Positions 1 through 11,898 of a stretch of 64,000 nt of DNA are shown here, piece by piece. Source of the stretch: Oopsacas minuta (Eukaryota > Animalia > Porifera); contig JAKMXF010000030.1 of NCBI GenBank assembly GCA_024704765.1, positions 1 to 64,000 on the forward strand, written 5' to 3'. Every line of letters begins with the position of its first letter. Positions within the stretch are counted from its first letter, which is position 1. The notes below the pieces were generated by a model, which saw only the letters and a program-made list of their open reading frames with translations, searched no databases and was not told where the DNA came from. Position numbers and translations under genes: made by a program.

Positions 1-1055
1 CCCCCGGTTCACCCTTTTCAGCTAGAATCCAATCAAACGCCATCCGCCTACATTCATCTACTTGAAATAACCTTTAAGTCCTCCTCTATGGTTCAGTTCA
101 TAACTAATCAAGTCAACACTCCGATCAGCTAGTCAACTAGCACAGAAATCCACACAGCCGTCCCCTTGGTTCACCCTTTTCAGCTAGAATCCAATCAAAC
201 GCCATTCCAGCCGTCCGCACTAGTACCTACTTTCAAACACACTCTCCTGGTCCCGCCGTTCAAGTAATAACTAGTCCAGGCAAAACGCCACTTGCCCTGA
301 AGGCCTTCACTGGTATCCATTTGAATGATTTGGTTACAGCATCCATCAGGGCCTTCACTACTAGAACATCAGTAAACACTGGCCATCGTTGTTGTTGTTC
401 ATTTTTCTATAACACTAGGAAAAACACTCCATAACTCATCTTTGAAACAAAAAAATCAATCCTTCACTGCTACCCATTTAGTCTCTCGGCATGAATACTC
501 TCATCCACTCACACCCCTCAGATTCTTCTACAATCACATCAAAATCGTTCACTCCTATCCATAAAGTCTACTCAAATGCACTGCTTCCCAGTTCAAGCGA
601 TACTATCATCAGTCCATGAGATTGAGTAAGCTTCCTGTCCAGGCTCGCTCGTCCATATAGTGACTTACAGCTTTATCTGTCAGCTTAAAGGGAACGTCAA
701 CTGTATTCCACCTTGATCTTCAGACATTACCATCTAGTATTACAACAACAGCTACTATTGACAATAGAAGAATTGATATTCTTTCTTGATCAAACTTGCA
801 AAGCCATCAGCTAACCACAGTGACAATTCGTCAATTTGCAATGGAGATTTCTCAGCTATGATCCAATCAAATACCACAAGCAGTTATCCAAATAGTGTCT
901 TAGCAATCCTCATATCTTCCGCTATTCCAATCTTGGAAGCTAAAATAACATATTTGAAAGCATTCTAATAATTGGCAATGGTTTTAGGATGGAGTACGGA
1001 TAGGCTATGCTAATAATAAAGCAATAATTCTTATAACATTTCATAGAATACATTC

Positions 1056-1826
1056 TTATTTACAGATTAAATATCCGTTAGCTCTGTCTATTTCTTCCAT
1101 TACTTTTGAATAACTTTCTCTGTTTCGAATATCAAAACTTTTAAATGAAACTAAACTGAAGTTTTGTATTAGATCTGTCAGACGTTTGTTGAGGGCTCCG
1201 TACTTCTCAGTGAGCGGATGGTCATGTAGGGTGTCTAGTAGATATGATAGGTCCAATACCTCTGTGTACATGTCCTGTCTCATGGTGTTAGCATTATCAA
1301 ACAGGTCCATTTTGGATAGGATATTAACATGGGGGAGCTCCAGCTGTAACATGGTGCATAAACTAATCATAGTCCCGCTTATGAACTTGGCGGGATCGTT
1401 ACAGAATTGGCAGTCCATCAGTTGAACAGCTGTCAGTTTCAGGCCGTTATCTACCAGTAATTTACAAATATTCCTAATTGAATTATGATGTGTGAATAAT
1501 TCTATCTGTCCAGGACAGTCTATTATGTAATAGCAATTCTTCTTCTCTTTGATCTTTCCTAGCAGCCAATCAAAATTAGCCTCGAGGAATTCAATGCAGT
1601 AAATATAGCTACCATTTGGTCCGATACCTAGCTCTCTCATGACGTCATCATGGGTGACAAGCTCACTAATACTGATCCTGCTCTCATAGGGAGTGCGTTC
1701 ATTGGCTGGATCTAGATTAATCACTTCTACTTGTCTCCCTCTCTCCGACAGATACTCAGACATAAATTTACAAAATGTACTCTTTCCGCTTCCAGGCAAT
1801 CCGACTACTATTTCTCCGTAACTCAT
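1056..1826 (-). CDS. GPN2: GPN-loop GTPase 2 (single exon)
   Basis: P-loop GLPGSGKST, GPN loop IGPNG followed by YCIEFLEANFDWL, DCPGQIELFTHH and NILSKMD, matching the recalled GPN2 pattern. Intact 256-aa ORF. Confidence 0.9.
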   Translation of the reverse strand: MSYGEIVVGLPGSGKSTFCKFMSEYLSERGRQVEVINLDPANERTPYESRISISELVTHDDVMRELGIGPNGSYIYCIEFLEANFDWLLGKIKEKKNCYYIIDCPGQIELFTHHNSIRNICKLLVDNGLKLTAVQLMDCQFCNDPAKFISGTMISLCTMLQLELPHVNILSKMDLFDNANTMRQDMYTEVLDLSYLLDTLHDHPLTEKYGALNKRLTDLIQNFSLVSFKSFDIRNRESYSKVMEEIDRANGYLICK

Positions 1827-1958
1827 AACTCTAATAATGGAATAATTAGTGTGAATAATTGTAACCTGAACTAATATTGATTTAATCTCTCACACTTATA
1901 CATACAATAACAATCTAACAAGCTACTATTTATAATTCAGAGCTATACATTCGTGAGC

Positions 1959-2670
1959 TCATTGATCCTTTTTGGGTTCCTCCATGGCAGATTGTGCCTC
2001 TTTGCTCGCGTTATTCAAGAGGTCACCCGCCAGCTTGCTGGTGTCAATTGCCTCTCCCTTAGACACGGATTGCATTGTAGATGAGACTGTCTGGGAGATT
2101 ACATTGCCTGCCCTTGAGGTTACGTCACTAACAACCTCCTGCATCGCATCTTTTCCTTTATCCAGAACTTTATCAATCTCACTCGAATACTTAGTGACGT
2201 AGGGGAATATTATGTTCCTACAAACATTTGATATAAATAGATTTGTGACTAATAATAGAACAAATAACTTACTTGTAAATAATAGAAGAGCCGTTGTTTG
2301 GGATTGGAGCCATGCACCAAATCAGGAATCCGCACTTTAGCAAATAATAGAAAGGAATCCAACTCAGGAAAATGTCAGCGAAGAATTCTGCTAATCCAAA
2401 GAATCCATACACAACCCAGTAGGTTAGCCACTGAGTGTCGTCTGCGGTGTCCTCAGATTCGATAGCAAACACGCTCCTGTAAGCGGGGTACACAAACCCG
2501 ATAAGCATGGCTAAGAGACTGGCGCCTGGTCCAAACAGGAGGTATACAGCTAGAACCGCAGCTGTTATGAGGAACAAGTAGAACTTAGGGACCTTGCTGT
2601 GTGTCTCCGCTAGAGTGAAGATTTTCCCAACAGGGGTGTCAGGTTCTAAGAGTTTGTTAATCTTCTCCAT
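1959..2670 (-). CDS. REEP5: REEP5/6-like TB2/DP1/HVA22 ER-shaping protein, 2 exons (2670-2273, 2217-1959)
   Basis: GFVYPAYRSVFAIES..DDTQWLTYWVVYG..WIPFYYLLKCGFLIWCMAP is the TB2/DP1 signature. A 55-bp GT-AG intron joins in frame to KNIIFPYVTKYSSEIDKVLDKGKDAMQE. Confidence 0.88.
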
Positions 2671-3389
2671 AACTAATACGTCTATAATAATGCAATGTAT
2701 AGCTATTACAAGTATATATCTGCCTAATAAAGAAATGTATAGCTATAATATAATTAGTGTATACATCTGCCTATTAGTGCTGGATATAATGTGTATTGAT
2801 TCTGTGGTAGCAGGACTAATTTAATTATAGAAATAAGAAACTTAATTAGTTCACATTAAACGGGTTCAACGCATCAACCAATCAAAATCATCGAATTACT
2901 CACTCTCTAAGTATTCACAAAATCTGAATGAATTCCATATGCATAATTAAATACATTCTTTTCGTCATGATCGTTGTTATGATAAACTCAGCAGATTAAT
3001 TAATACAAATAAGGGAAAATATTAATTGTTTGAATTAAAAGAATTATTGCATTTGAATACTAAAAAGAAATAAAATTTGGATTATTCTTAATCTGATAAT
3101 TAAATTATAGAATAGCTTAGGGACATAATCAGCTGATAATTCATGACGTATGCAGAGTACCTACAGACAAATAATTTCATAGAAGTATACTTAATTAGGT
3201 AACCATGGTTTAGACCTGGATACAACATTAGCCATAAGATATGCTCGTTATTCAATGAATTAGTCAGATTAAAGCTATGACGTAATCCATATTATACTGT
3301 TACTAAATATAGCATCATCATATATTATACTATTGTATATGTGCGATATAAGTACATTAATAGACCAAATAAACATGACTAAGTTCAGA

Positions 3390-4877
3390 CTAGCTATCTA
3401 GGAATTCTTGCTGGAACAAAAACAAATTGTTCGTCGCAGCGATCGCCAAAATGTTTTCGTCAGGGTGCCAGCTCGCGTGGAGAATCTTCCGATTAAAATC
3501 CAGACTTTCGAGAGGAATTTCGTTGGAACTGTCAAATTCCAAACCGTCCCTTCTGGGTTTCCGCGTCCCACCAACCGTTTTAGGTTGAAGAATGTGTCCT
3601 AGTTGTTGAGTATTCTTTGACGCTTCGTAGCAAACTTCTGCGCGAGACTGGAAATCATAAATTCTGAAAAAGTTGTGATAAGAACCAGTCATTATGCCTT
3701 TTGACGCGCCACCCCATCGACACTCAAACTTGTCAAATATGCAATCATTCTCGTAGAGGGAGCAAAGTCTAGACTTGAGGTGATCATGTACTGGGAAAGT
3801 GCATAAAGGGTGTGATTCCATGTTAACGTCCCATACCTTGATATTCAGGTAGTCTCTGGAGAGAATATACCTACCAGTACTGTTAAAGTGCATATCTGAA
3901 ATTGAAACTATTACCTCTGAGAAGAAGGACTTATTGGCAGGATCCTCTGTCTCTTGGAACCATTTGGCGTGCTGGTCGCAGAGGGCTCTAGACCTCATGT
4001 CACACAGTCTTATCGCCCCGGTGGAGCTGGAATAAATAAACTCGTGACAGTTATGCGGGTGGAATTGAGCAGAGGTGATTACTTCTGATAAGTCCTCCAT
4101 ATTAGCTGGCTTTATATCCACAACATTGAATGATTGGTCAGTACAGTTCAGGTTCCAAACATTAACACGTAGATCATCAGCTGATAGAAATGTTTCGTCA
4201 TCAGAATTAACTGAGATAGAGTTTATGTGATAAGTATGTGCATTAGAAAATATCCGCCGGGGAAGAGCTTCTACAGAAAAGTCCTTATCAACACAAGGAA
4301 CCTTCAAGAATTTAGAAAATGCACGCGTGTTCCCTTCGTCTGAGATTAGATTCAAATTTCTAGTCCGCGGCCTTCTTTCCGCGATTTTCCAGAGTTTGAT
4401 AGTTTTGTCATTTGTGGTTAGCAAGTAAAGCGAATTGTTCGGTTGACGAATCCATTTGATTTTATTTATTTTCTCTTCGATTTCCAAAGACTTCAGATAA
4501 TCAAATTCAGCTTCGTGAGATTGGAATGTACAGTACACATTATAGTCACAGAGGATCGGACTGTTCCTCTTCTGGTGTCGCTTGAATATAACCACACGGC
4601 CCCCCTTGTCCCCAGTGGCCAAGTACTCTCCGGTAGAATTGAACTCCACAACTGATATGATGTCTGCGTCTGTTATATCGTCATCCATGGTCCCTTTTAT
4701 TTGAGAAAATGTCCAAGGAATTTGTGTAGCGTCCTCGGAAGACGTGTATTGGTAACTGGGAGAATCGGATCGGATGGATATACCTCCGTCAGCTCCTTTG
4801 GATAGAGGTGGATCCAGATCCATTGGGTCAGGACCATCATCATTAGAACTCATGCTAGACTGACTATTCTTGCTCAT
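3390..4877 (-). CDS. PPP2R2: PP2A regulatory subunit B55 (WD40), single exon
   Basis: [66 protein letters not shown] and [11 protein letters not shown] are hallmark B55 motifs. Confidence 0.97.
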   Translation of the reverse strand: MSKNSQSSMSSNDDGPDPMDLDPPLSKGADGGISIRSDSPSYQYTSSEDATQIPWTFSQIKGTMDDDITDADIISVVEFNSTGEYLATGDKGGRVVIFKRHQKRNSPILCDYNVYCTFQSHEAEFDYLKSLEIEEKINKIKWIRQPNNSLYLLTTNDKTIKLWKIAERRPRTRNLNLISDEGNTRAFSKFLKVPCVDKDFSVEALPRRIFSNAHTYHINSISVNSDDETFLSADDLRVNVWNLNCTDQSFNVVDIKPANMEDLSEVITSAQFHPHNCHEFIYSSSTGAIRLCDMRSRALCDQHAKWFQETEDPANKSFFSEVIVSISDMHFNSTGRYILSRDYLNIKVWDVNMESHPLCTFPVHDHLKSRLCSLYENDCIFDKFECRWGGASKGIMTGSYHNFFRIYDFQSRAEVCYEASKNTQQLGHILQPKTVGGTRKPRRDGLEFDSSNEIPLESLDFNRKILHASWHPDENILAIAATNNLFLFQQEFLDS

Positions 4878-5683
4878 TGACTAGCTGTAGCAATAATTTA
4901 CATTAAAATTTCTTTGCTAACAAAATATTAAGGAAAACAAGGAAATTCAGAAATTCAATTCTTAGAACTGAAACCAATACTAATGAACAGCAGTCTTATC
5001 AAATATCGATAATATTAGGTGACAAATAGGTACAACGGGTCTAGCTCTCTCATTTAAGAGACAGGCTTATGTCCTGTAACATAATCACAGGAATTATGAG
5101 TTATGAGGTGAGTGAGAATAATTATATTATTCAGACATACTAATATTTCTATAAAAGTGGATAAAATAAATAATAATTATTGATCTCTCTAAACATTCAA
5201 TCGTTTGTAACCATGGCAACCTTATGAGCAGAGGTGTAGTTATAAATTCCTATTTGGGATTGCTGACAAATGTCCTGACAGTCTAACTAAGATCTCATCC
5301 GGGAATTTCTAGTTTTTGCAGGATCTCTCATGGGATTAGATTTTCTTGGACGGTAACAGATCTGTAAAAATTTTGGTCCTTTGTCGCTGCTGAACTGACA
5401 CATTTAAGTGTCCATTAAGCGATAAATAAACCCCAAAGTAAGGTGACAAAAATTATAAATAAAAGAATCTACCAAAGTTAATATAATTATTATCAAAACA
5501 GAAAATAATTCCGCTGTTTGGAATTTTGTAATTGCCACACACAAAACAATAACAACAACAAATAAAGTACAATAAGCAATGATAGGGAAATTAAAATAAG
5601 ATCAAATAAAATGGGAACTCCCATTGGAACTGAATTTTTACAAATCTAACAAACAAACAAACAAACAAATAATCTCTAATAAC

Positions 5684-5941
5684 CTAACAGAGTTGTACCA
5701 TAGGATTCTGAATAGGTACGGCATTCCTATGTAAGTCCTCTTTAACATCCATTCCTTGTATGTATCCTCCCTTAGAGGACATAACACCTGCTATCTGATG
5801 AGATCCCCCGGGAACTTCATCCGATCCTCCGTGTGCTACGTGTTTGAAGTCAGTAGGTATTCCAATCATGTTCTTATCGATCAGGACTCTCCTCTGGGGG
5901 TGTTCCTCCTCCGGGTGTAAACAAATTAGAGAATTTCCCAT
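5684..5941 (-). CDS. CDC42SE: CDC42 small effector (SPEC) with CRIB motif
   Basis: 85 aa. N-terminal Cys and basic patch, CRIB IDKNMIGIPTDFKHVAHGG, and MSSKGGY, as in CDC42SE1/2. Confidence 0.8.
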   Translation of the reverse strand: MGNSLICLHPEEEHPQRRVLIDKNMIGIPTDFKHVAHGGSDEVPGGSHQIAGVMSSKGGYIQGMDVKEDLHRNAVPIQNPMVQLC

Positions 5942-7625
5942 GCGTTATGTGTAGCTAATTAGTAAATAAGTAAATAACAACAAATAACGAGTCTTCTAAT
6001 CCTATAATTATGAAATTTGACAGAATAATTCAATCAGAAATACTAATTGAATTAATTCATACTTGTAGAGTGAAACCACAAACTGACAGAAGCGGGAATA
6101 TTTCCAAGAATAATTTCTGTAACTAACAGAACCTTAAATATAGAAGTTTTCCTAATCTATAATAATTATAGTTTGAATAGAATGAGCATATAAGGTATCA
6201 GATTATTTCTAGATTATTCCTATAGTTATTTTGAATATTTGGTTACCTGTCAAGGACACCCTAAGGGGCTAGCCAGATAACACCTCATAATCTAACCAAT
6301 TCCACATACAGTCACTATTTGGCGAGCTAAACTTTCCTGAAGTTATATTGATATTATAAATTAGTCATCACAGCTGATATGATTAATTATAACACCTAAG
6401 GAATCAGAGCATTAAGTGCTCCTCATTTTATGGAGCGCGCTCCACCTCTGCTACTTACTCAGAAAAGGAGCGCTCCAATTCCGCTCCTTTTCATTCTTTC
6501 AGATTTAAAATGTGAATTATATAAAAGTGTCCTAGCATCGCTATTTATAGCAAAAATACTGAATTTTATGCAGAATAACTATAAAATTTTTAAATTATTT
6601 GCAATGAAATGAGCGCGCTAAACCTCTGCTAATTACTCAGAAAAGAGGCGCTAAATTAATTCACTTTTTACGTCTCAAACAACTTATAACTTCTGTAAAC
6701 AATAATACCAATATTTGTTTACAAATATCCATTGTCTCCAGATCTAATAATCTTAGAATTATTCTGATAAAAGAAATCTGAGACGAATAATTATATTTCT
6801 AATATTTCCTACTTTTCCTTGGTTACTGAAAGAATTTGCATTTTATGAATTATATTTATAAACAAAGAGACTTATGGAGCTTCTATTTGTATGTTAGCTA
6901 TATATATCTGTCACAGCTGTAATTCCGCACTATTCTGTTATAGGCGCGCAAAATTAACACCTTTCAGGTCATAAAATGATAATAATATAATATAATATCT
7001 TATTTGTTCTATAATTAGCTCACTTAGAAGTACACCTATGCACACAGCTGTCTTTCTGCTACATTCCTGACCTCTAATATATCACTATGGCAACCAACAA
7101 AAAGAAATTCAGTGTTGGCGGGAACACGCATAACGCAGTCCCGCAAATAATAGAAGCACAGAGAGCGGGTTAGTAATTATAATTTAATATTAGTCAGCTA
7201 GCTATGACTCTAGAATTAATCAGCTGATTATTTGTTATCTGCAGCCCTGTAGCCGGCTTTATCAGGTCCAGAGGTCTGTAGATAGTTTGATTAAGCTAAT
7301 ATTTGTCAATTCTGTAACTTTTAGGGTAAATTCCAAACTCAAATAATAATAATATTATAAATTTGCAATTATTCATAAGCATTATATCATAATTATTATT
7401 TGTAAGGTATCAGACCTGTTACTGAATATGGAACTATTCTGCGATAGAACTCTAGTTATTTCTAACATAGAATATACAAACCAATCCATGGTTCTAATAG
7501 CTGTTAGTTCCATTAATTAGTGATTGAATCGATTTAATCACTCGAATATTAAATATTTTAAGATTTCCTTTTCGTTAAAACAAAGGCTTCCATTTTATGA
7601 CGTCATATCAATTCATATCTATAAT

Positions 7626-9539
7626 ATGCCTTCCCTCGCGATTACTCAAATATTATTCCCTGGATATAGTAAGTACTGATTGGAATGTCACTGATACCAC
7701 CTCCTTCACCTAGCATAGGTGTTAAAGTGTACGGGAGCTACTCAGGTCTGCAATTATATTATCATAAACTGTATTTTGATTGGTTAATATTTGTAGAAAT
7801 GAAGAAACAGCTGTCCGAGCAAACCTCGCGATTTGATTTGCGGACAGAAGCTAAGAGTTTTCTATTGAGTGAATTCTCTGAATATTTGAGGAAAAGAGCA
7901 GATTTAGAGTTTCAGTACGCTAAAGATTTGGAGAAGATAGGTGATAAACTTGAGAGGAATCTGGCTAAAGAGGCTCAGGTATAACACATTCCTTACCCGT
8001 ATATGGTTGTCAAGGTATTATTTATTATATCACCTTTTAGGTCAAGTATTTCCCCTCAGTGACTGGCTTTATTCACCAAATTTCTGCTCAAACTAAAATT
8101 ATTTCCCAGCAACGGATGGCGTACACAGAAATGCTCCAATCAGATTTAGCTGTCAGATTGGAATTAATGGCGCGTGACGCTAAGTACATAAATTCAAAGG
8201 TTTGTTTATTTATCTACTTATTTGCATATTTGTTTATTTGTTTGTTTAGTTGTTTATTTGTTTGTTTACAGATGAAAAATGTTATCGTGGAAATACATGA
8301 TGATTATTTGAGACAAATCAGAGATCTACATGAGGTAGGAATTCGAACTATTTTTTGTTTACTAGTTTGTTTACTTACTTGTTTACAGACTGCTCGTGAG
8401 TATTCTCAAGTAAATGACACCTTCCAGAAGTGTCAAGATAAACATCAAAGAGCTAAACAATCAAAAGACAAAAATCCAAATAAGAAAGGAGTAGCTACAC
8501 GTGAAGAGACGGTTAGTAATTAGCTGACTGTTCTATCAATAGATTATATTATTGATCATGTGTGTAGCTATACAATCTGGTGATAGAGGCACGTAACAGG
8601 AAGTTAAAAGCTAAAGTAGATCTGGAACTATCCATAGCAGATGTTAACTCTACCTCCAGCTGTTACTTCAATGAGGGTATACACCAGATACTTGAGGTAA
8701 TCTGATTGGTTAATTCTATTCCTCTCTCTTCTATTTCTGACCAATCAAACTCCAGGTTTTAGATTTGGATTTCCACGAGGGATTAATCCGATTGGCTACC
8801 GCTCAGCACCAGCTGGAGTTTTGGTTATATAAATCAGCTGGTTCCGCTGTTGACAAAACTTTAAGCTCCTCACACTCAATTTCCTTCGCTGACGACGAAA
8901 AAGAATTTTTGTTTCACAATTCAGAACCATTCAAACCTGCGTTACACTTCGCTAACGAAGCAGCCAATCAGGAAGAGTTAATGGTAATATTTACATTATT
9001 ATAAGTGAATAACTATGGTATATACGTGTTGCTAGGCTGCAGTAAGTGATGTTCCTACATACCAAGAGATGTACAGGAAGTCTGTGGAGAATCTGAGACT
9101 ATCTAATGTTACTATAGAAGAGGTGATAAATATTTGTTTGTTTATTTGTTTGTTTATTTTATAATCTTTTTCAGGAAAAGAAAACATTACAATTTATGAA
9201 TTCAAAGAATTTGTCAGAAGAGAGGCACGTGTTCCTCCCTAAGCCTGCTCCCCTCCCTGATGGGTCCAATCCATATCTGCTAGATATACCCGGACAAGGA
9301 CCCCAGGGGGACGCCTGGAGACAACTCAATGAGTCCAAAAAGGACCAATTTATGGAGTATTACTTCCAAAAATTACGCGCCTTCCTTATGCATAAAGATT
9401 TGAATTGTAGAGTTAAGCAAAGAGTTGGAATACTGGAGACAACACTCGGTTAGTTGTTTGTTTATTTGTTTATTTGTTTGTTTATTTATTTGCTTATTTG
9501 TTTAGAGAATAGTGGAGCAAGTCTGTGAGTTACATCTGT

Positions 9540-9616
<77 letters not shown>

Positions 9617-11607
9617 GTTACCTGTGTATATTTCCTGTTTAGTCAATTAGCTAAAGTTCCTACCTCTGAGATACCTGAACTATTCAAGGGACATATACAG
9701 AAGTACATACAAGTAAACAAATAAATAAACAAACATTTATTGTTGTTATTATTTGTTCTATTTATAGATAACAGGGTGTCAGATCCCGCCTATAATCCGA
9801 CACTGTGTGGAGGCTATACTCTCTCAGGGATTAGAGCTAGAAGGACTCTTCAGGATACCGGGACCTGCCGGAATTATCGATGAGTATAAAATGGAATTTG
9901 AAGTAAGAATGGTTGCTATGGTTACGAGTATTGGTATGTTAAATATTCATTTTAGGCGGGACTTAACCCTCTGGCATTGACTGGTAGCCCTGAGAGCTTA
10001 GACCTGTATGCTGTAGCCGGGGTCTTAAAGGCATATCTGAGAGACCTGAAGGAGCCCCTGTTCCCCTGTGATGATTATGACAACTTTCTGAGTTGTTGTA
10101 GAATCGTAGAATTAGAATCAAGAGTGTCTGCCATTAAGGAATGTGTCAGTAAACTGTCACGAGAGATTGTTCGAGTGATGGCTTATCTATTCACATTCCT
10201 AGCTAAGTATGTTACTATAAATAGATCTTAAGGCGTTAAAACATTATTAATTATTCCTTTTTAGAGTTGCTTCTTACAGCTACGCTAATAAAATGAATTC
10301 TGTAAATCTAGCGACTGTATTCGGTCCAACCCTCTCCAGAGCACCCCCAGGTACCAATTACCTCCAACAGCAGATGGATATTGTATTCCAGAATATTCTA
10401 ATGCAGACTTGTATTGATCACCACTTGGACATATTCCCTGCTTCCTCTCTGACAGGGGACAACTCTACTAATAATAATAATGTTGATGAGACCGCAGATA
10501 TAATTAGAGAACCTCCACACAGTCAGCTGATTAATGAAGGTTAGTTCTATAATTAGCACAACAGCTGATTCATAATTCTAACATTTGATTGGTTGATAGA
10601 TGTGAAAAGAGAACCTGTTTTGTCAACAAATACAGAAATATCAGCTGTTAATTCTGAAAGAATTCCTCAATCAGCTGATGGTTAGTTATATGTTCTATTT
10701 ATAGAAATATTTTAATTTGTGTGTGTATAGCAGAGGTTGTGATTGGTCAGGAGGCGACAACTGGTGATCCAGAGGCTATAGAGGATAATATATTCCCAGC
10801 TGATCAGGACAATAAAGGTGTGAAAATATGAATATTTAATTGTTTATTATTAATATGATATATCCCAGTAGACAGTACATCATCTTCAGGATCTGAGGAA
10901 ATTGACATTGACAGTTTGAGGACTGCGAGAGCTATTTATAATTTTACCGCCAGGAATGACAAAGAGCTGTCAGTTAAGAAAGGAGACATTCTTAAAGTTA
11001 TATCTCTAACACCTGACAATAACTGGTGGGAAGGAATAATAGGTGACAAAAGTGGATTTATACCCAGCACATATATAGTACTATTGGATGAGGTTAGTAG
11101 ACTATAAGCTATTATATGATTGGTCAATTAATATATTATTCATAGGAATCAGCTGATTTGACAGAACAGATTCCGATTGGTCCAGAAGAGGTAGAAGACT
11201 TCACAGGAACAAGTGAACCACCTCTACAAAGCGGCAGTTTAGAATCAGGTGTTGTCAAGAATATGGCTAGTCATATGGCGCTTAAAGGAGCAGATGATAT
11301 GAAATCTCTTCCGATATCATTCCCCGCCCAAAATGTTGGGGTCTCCCCGCACCAAGCAAAGTTCTTTATGGGAGAAGTAGCACAGACTAATAAGGTAAGA
11401 TTTCATTGGTCAATTAATTGCATAACAGCTGATTATAAATTCTATTAATAGATTCCCCCGCCTGTCCGCCAGAAGCCCAGTCTCCGGGACAAGAAGCCTC
11501 GGGCCATGACGTCCACAACCTCCCCCAAGCACCAGATCGGTCTCCTGCAGGAACACGCCCAGCTGGTGGAGAAGAAGAAGCAATTGAGACATGAATCTGA
11601 CTCATAA
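7626..11607 (+). CDS. SRGAP: srGAP-family protein (F-BAR + RhoGAP + SH3), multi-exon
   Basis: F-BAR start EMKKQLSEQ..EYLRKRADLEFQYAKDLEK. RhoGAP GLFRIPG, VAGVLKAYLRDLKEPLF and MNSVNLATVFGPTL. SH3 ARAIYNFTARNDKELSVKKGD..WWEG..GFIPSTYI. Last exon ends with TAA at 11605-11607. Start codon is approximate. Confidence 0.85.
9540..9615. repeat. (ATT)n microsatellite in an srGAP intron
   Basis: Direct reading of the sequence. It explains the poly-Ile ORF. Confidence 0.95.
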
Positions 11608-11898
11608 TTGTGTATATTGACTGAGTGCTGCTGGTGTGTTTATTATTATTATTATTGTTATTGTTGCCTTGTATAGAAACGGCGATAGTTCCTATTTTGT
11701 TATTTATTAATACACTCAGCAAATACTAGTATAAAGGTGTGGAAATATTATTAATAGAGGATTCCTCTAACATTCCTATATATGTATATGGTAACCAGGG
11801 TAGATACGGATCATGTGTGTTATTTGGAACTTTGAATACAACATTGATAGCTCATGTCATTAAACAAACAAACAAACAAACAAACAAACAACAAACAG

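Noticed and set aside
9512-9724. Poly-isoleucine ORF
   Set aside because: An (ATT)n microsatellite inside an srGAP intron.
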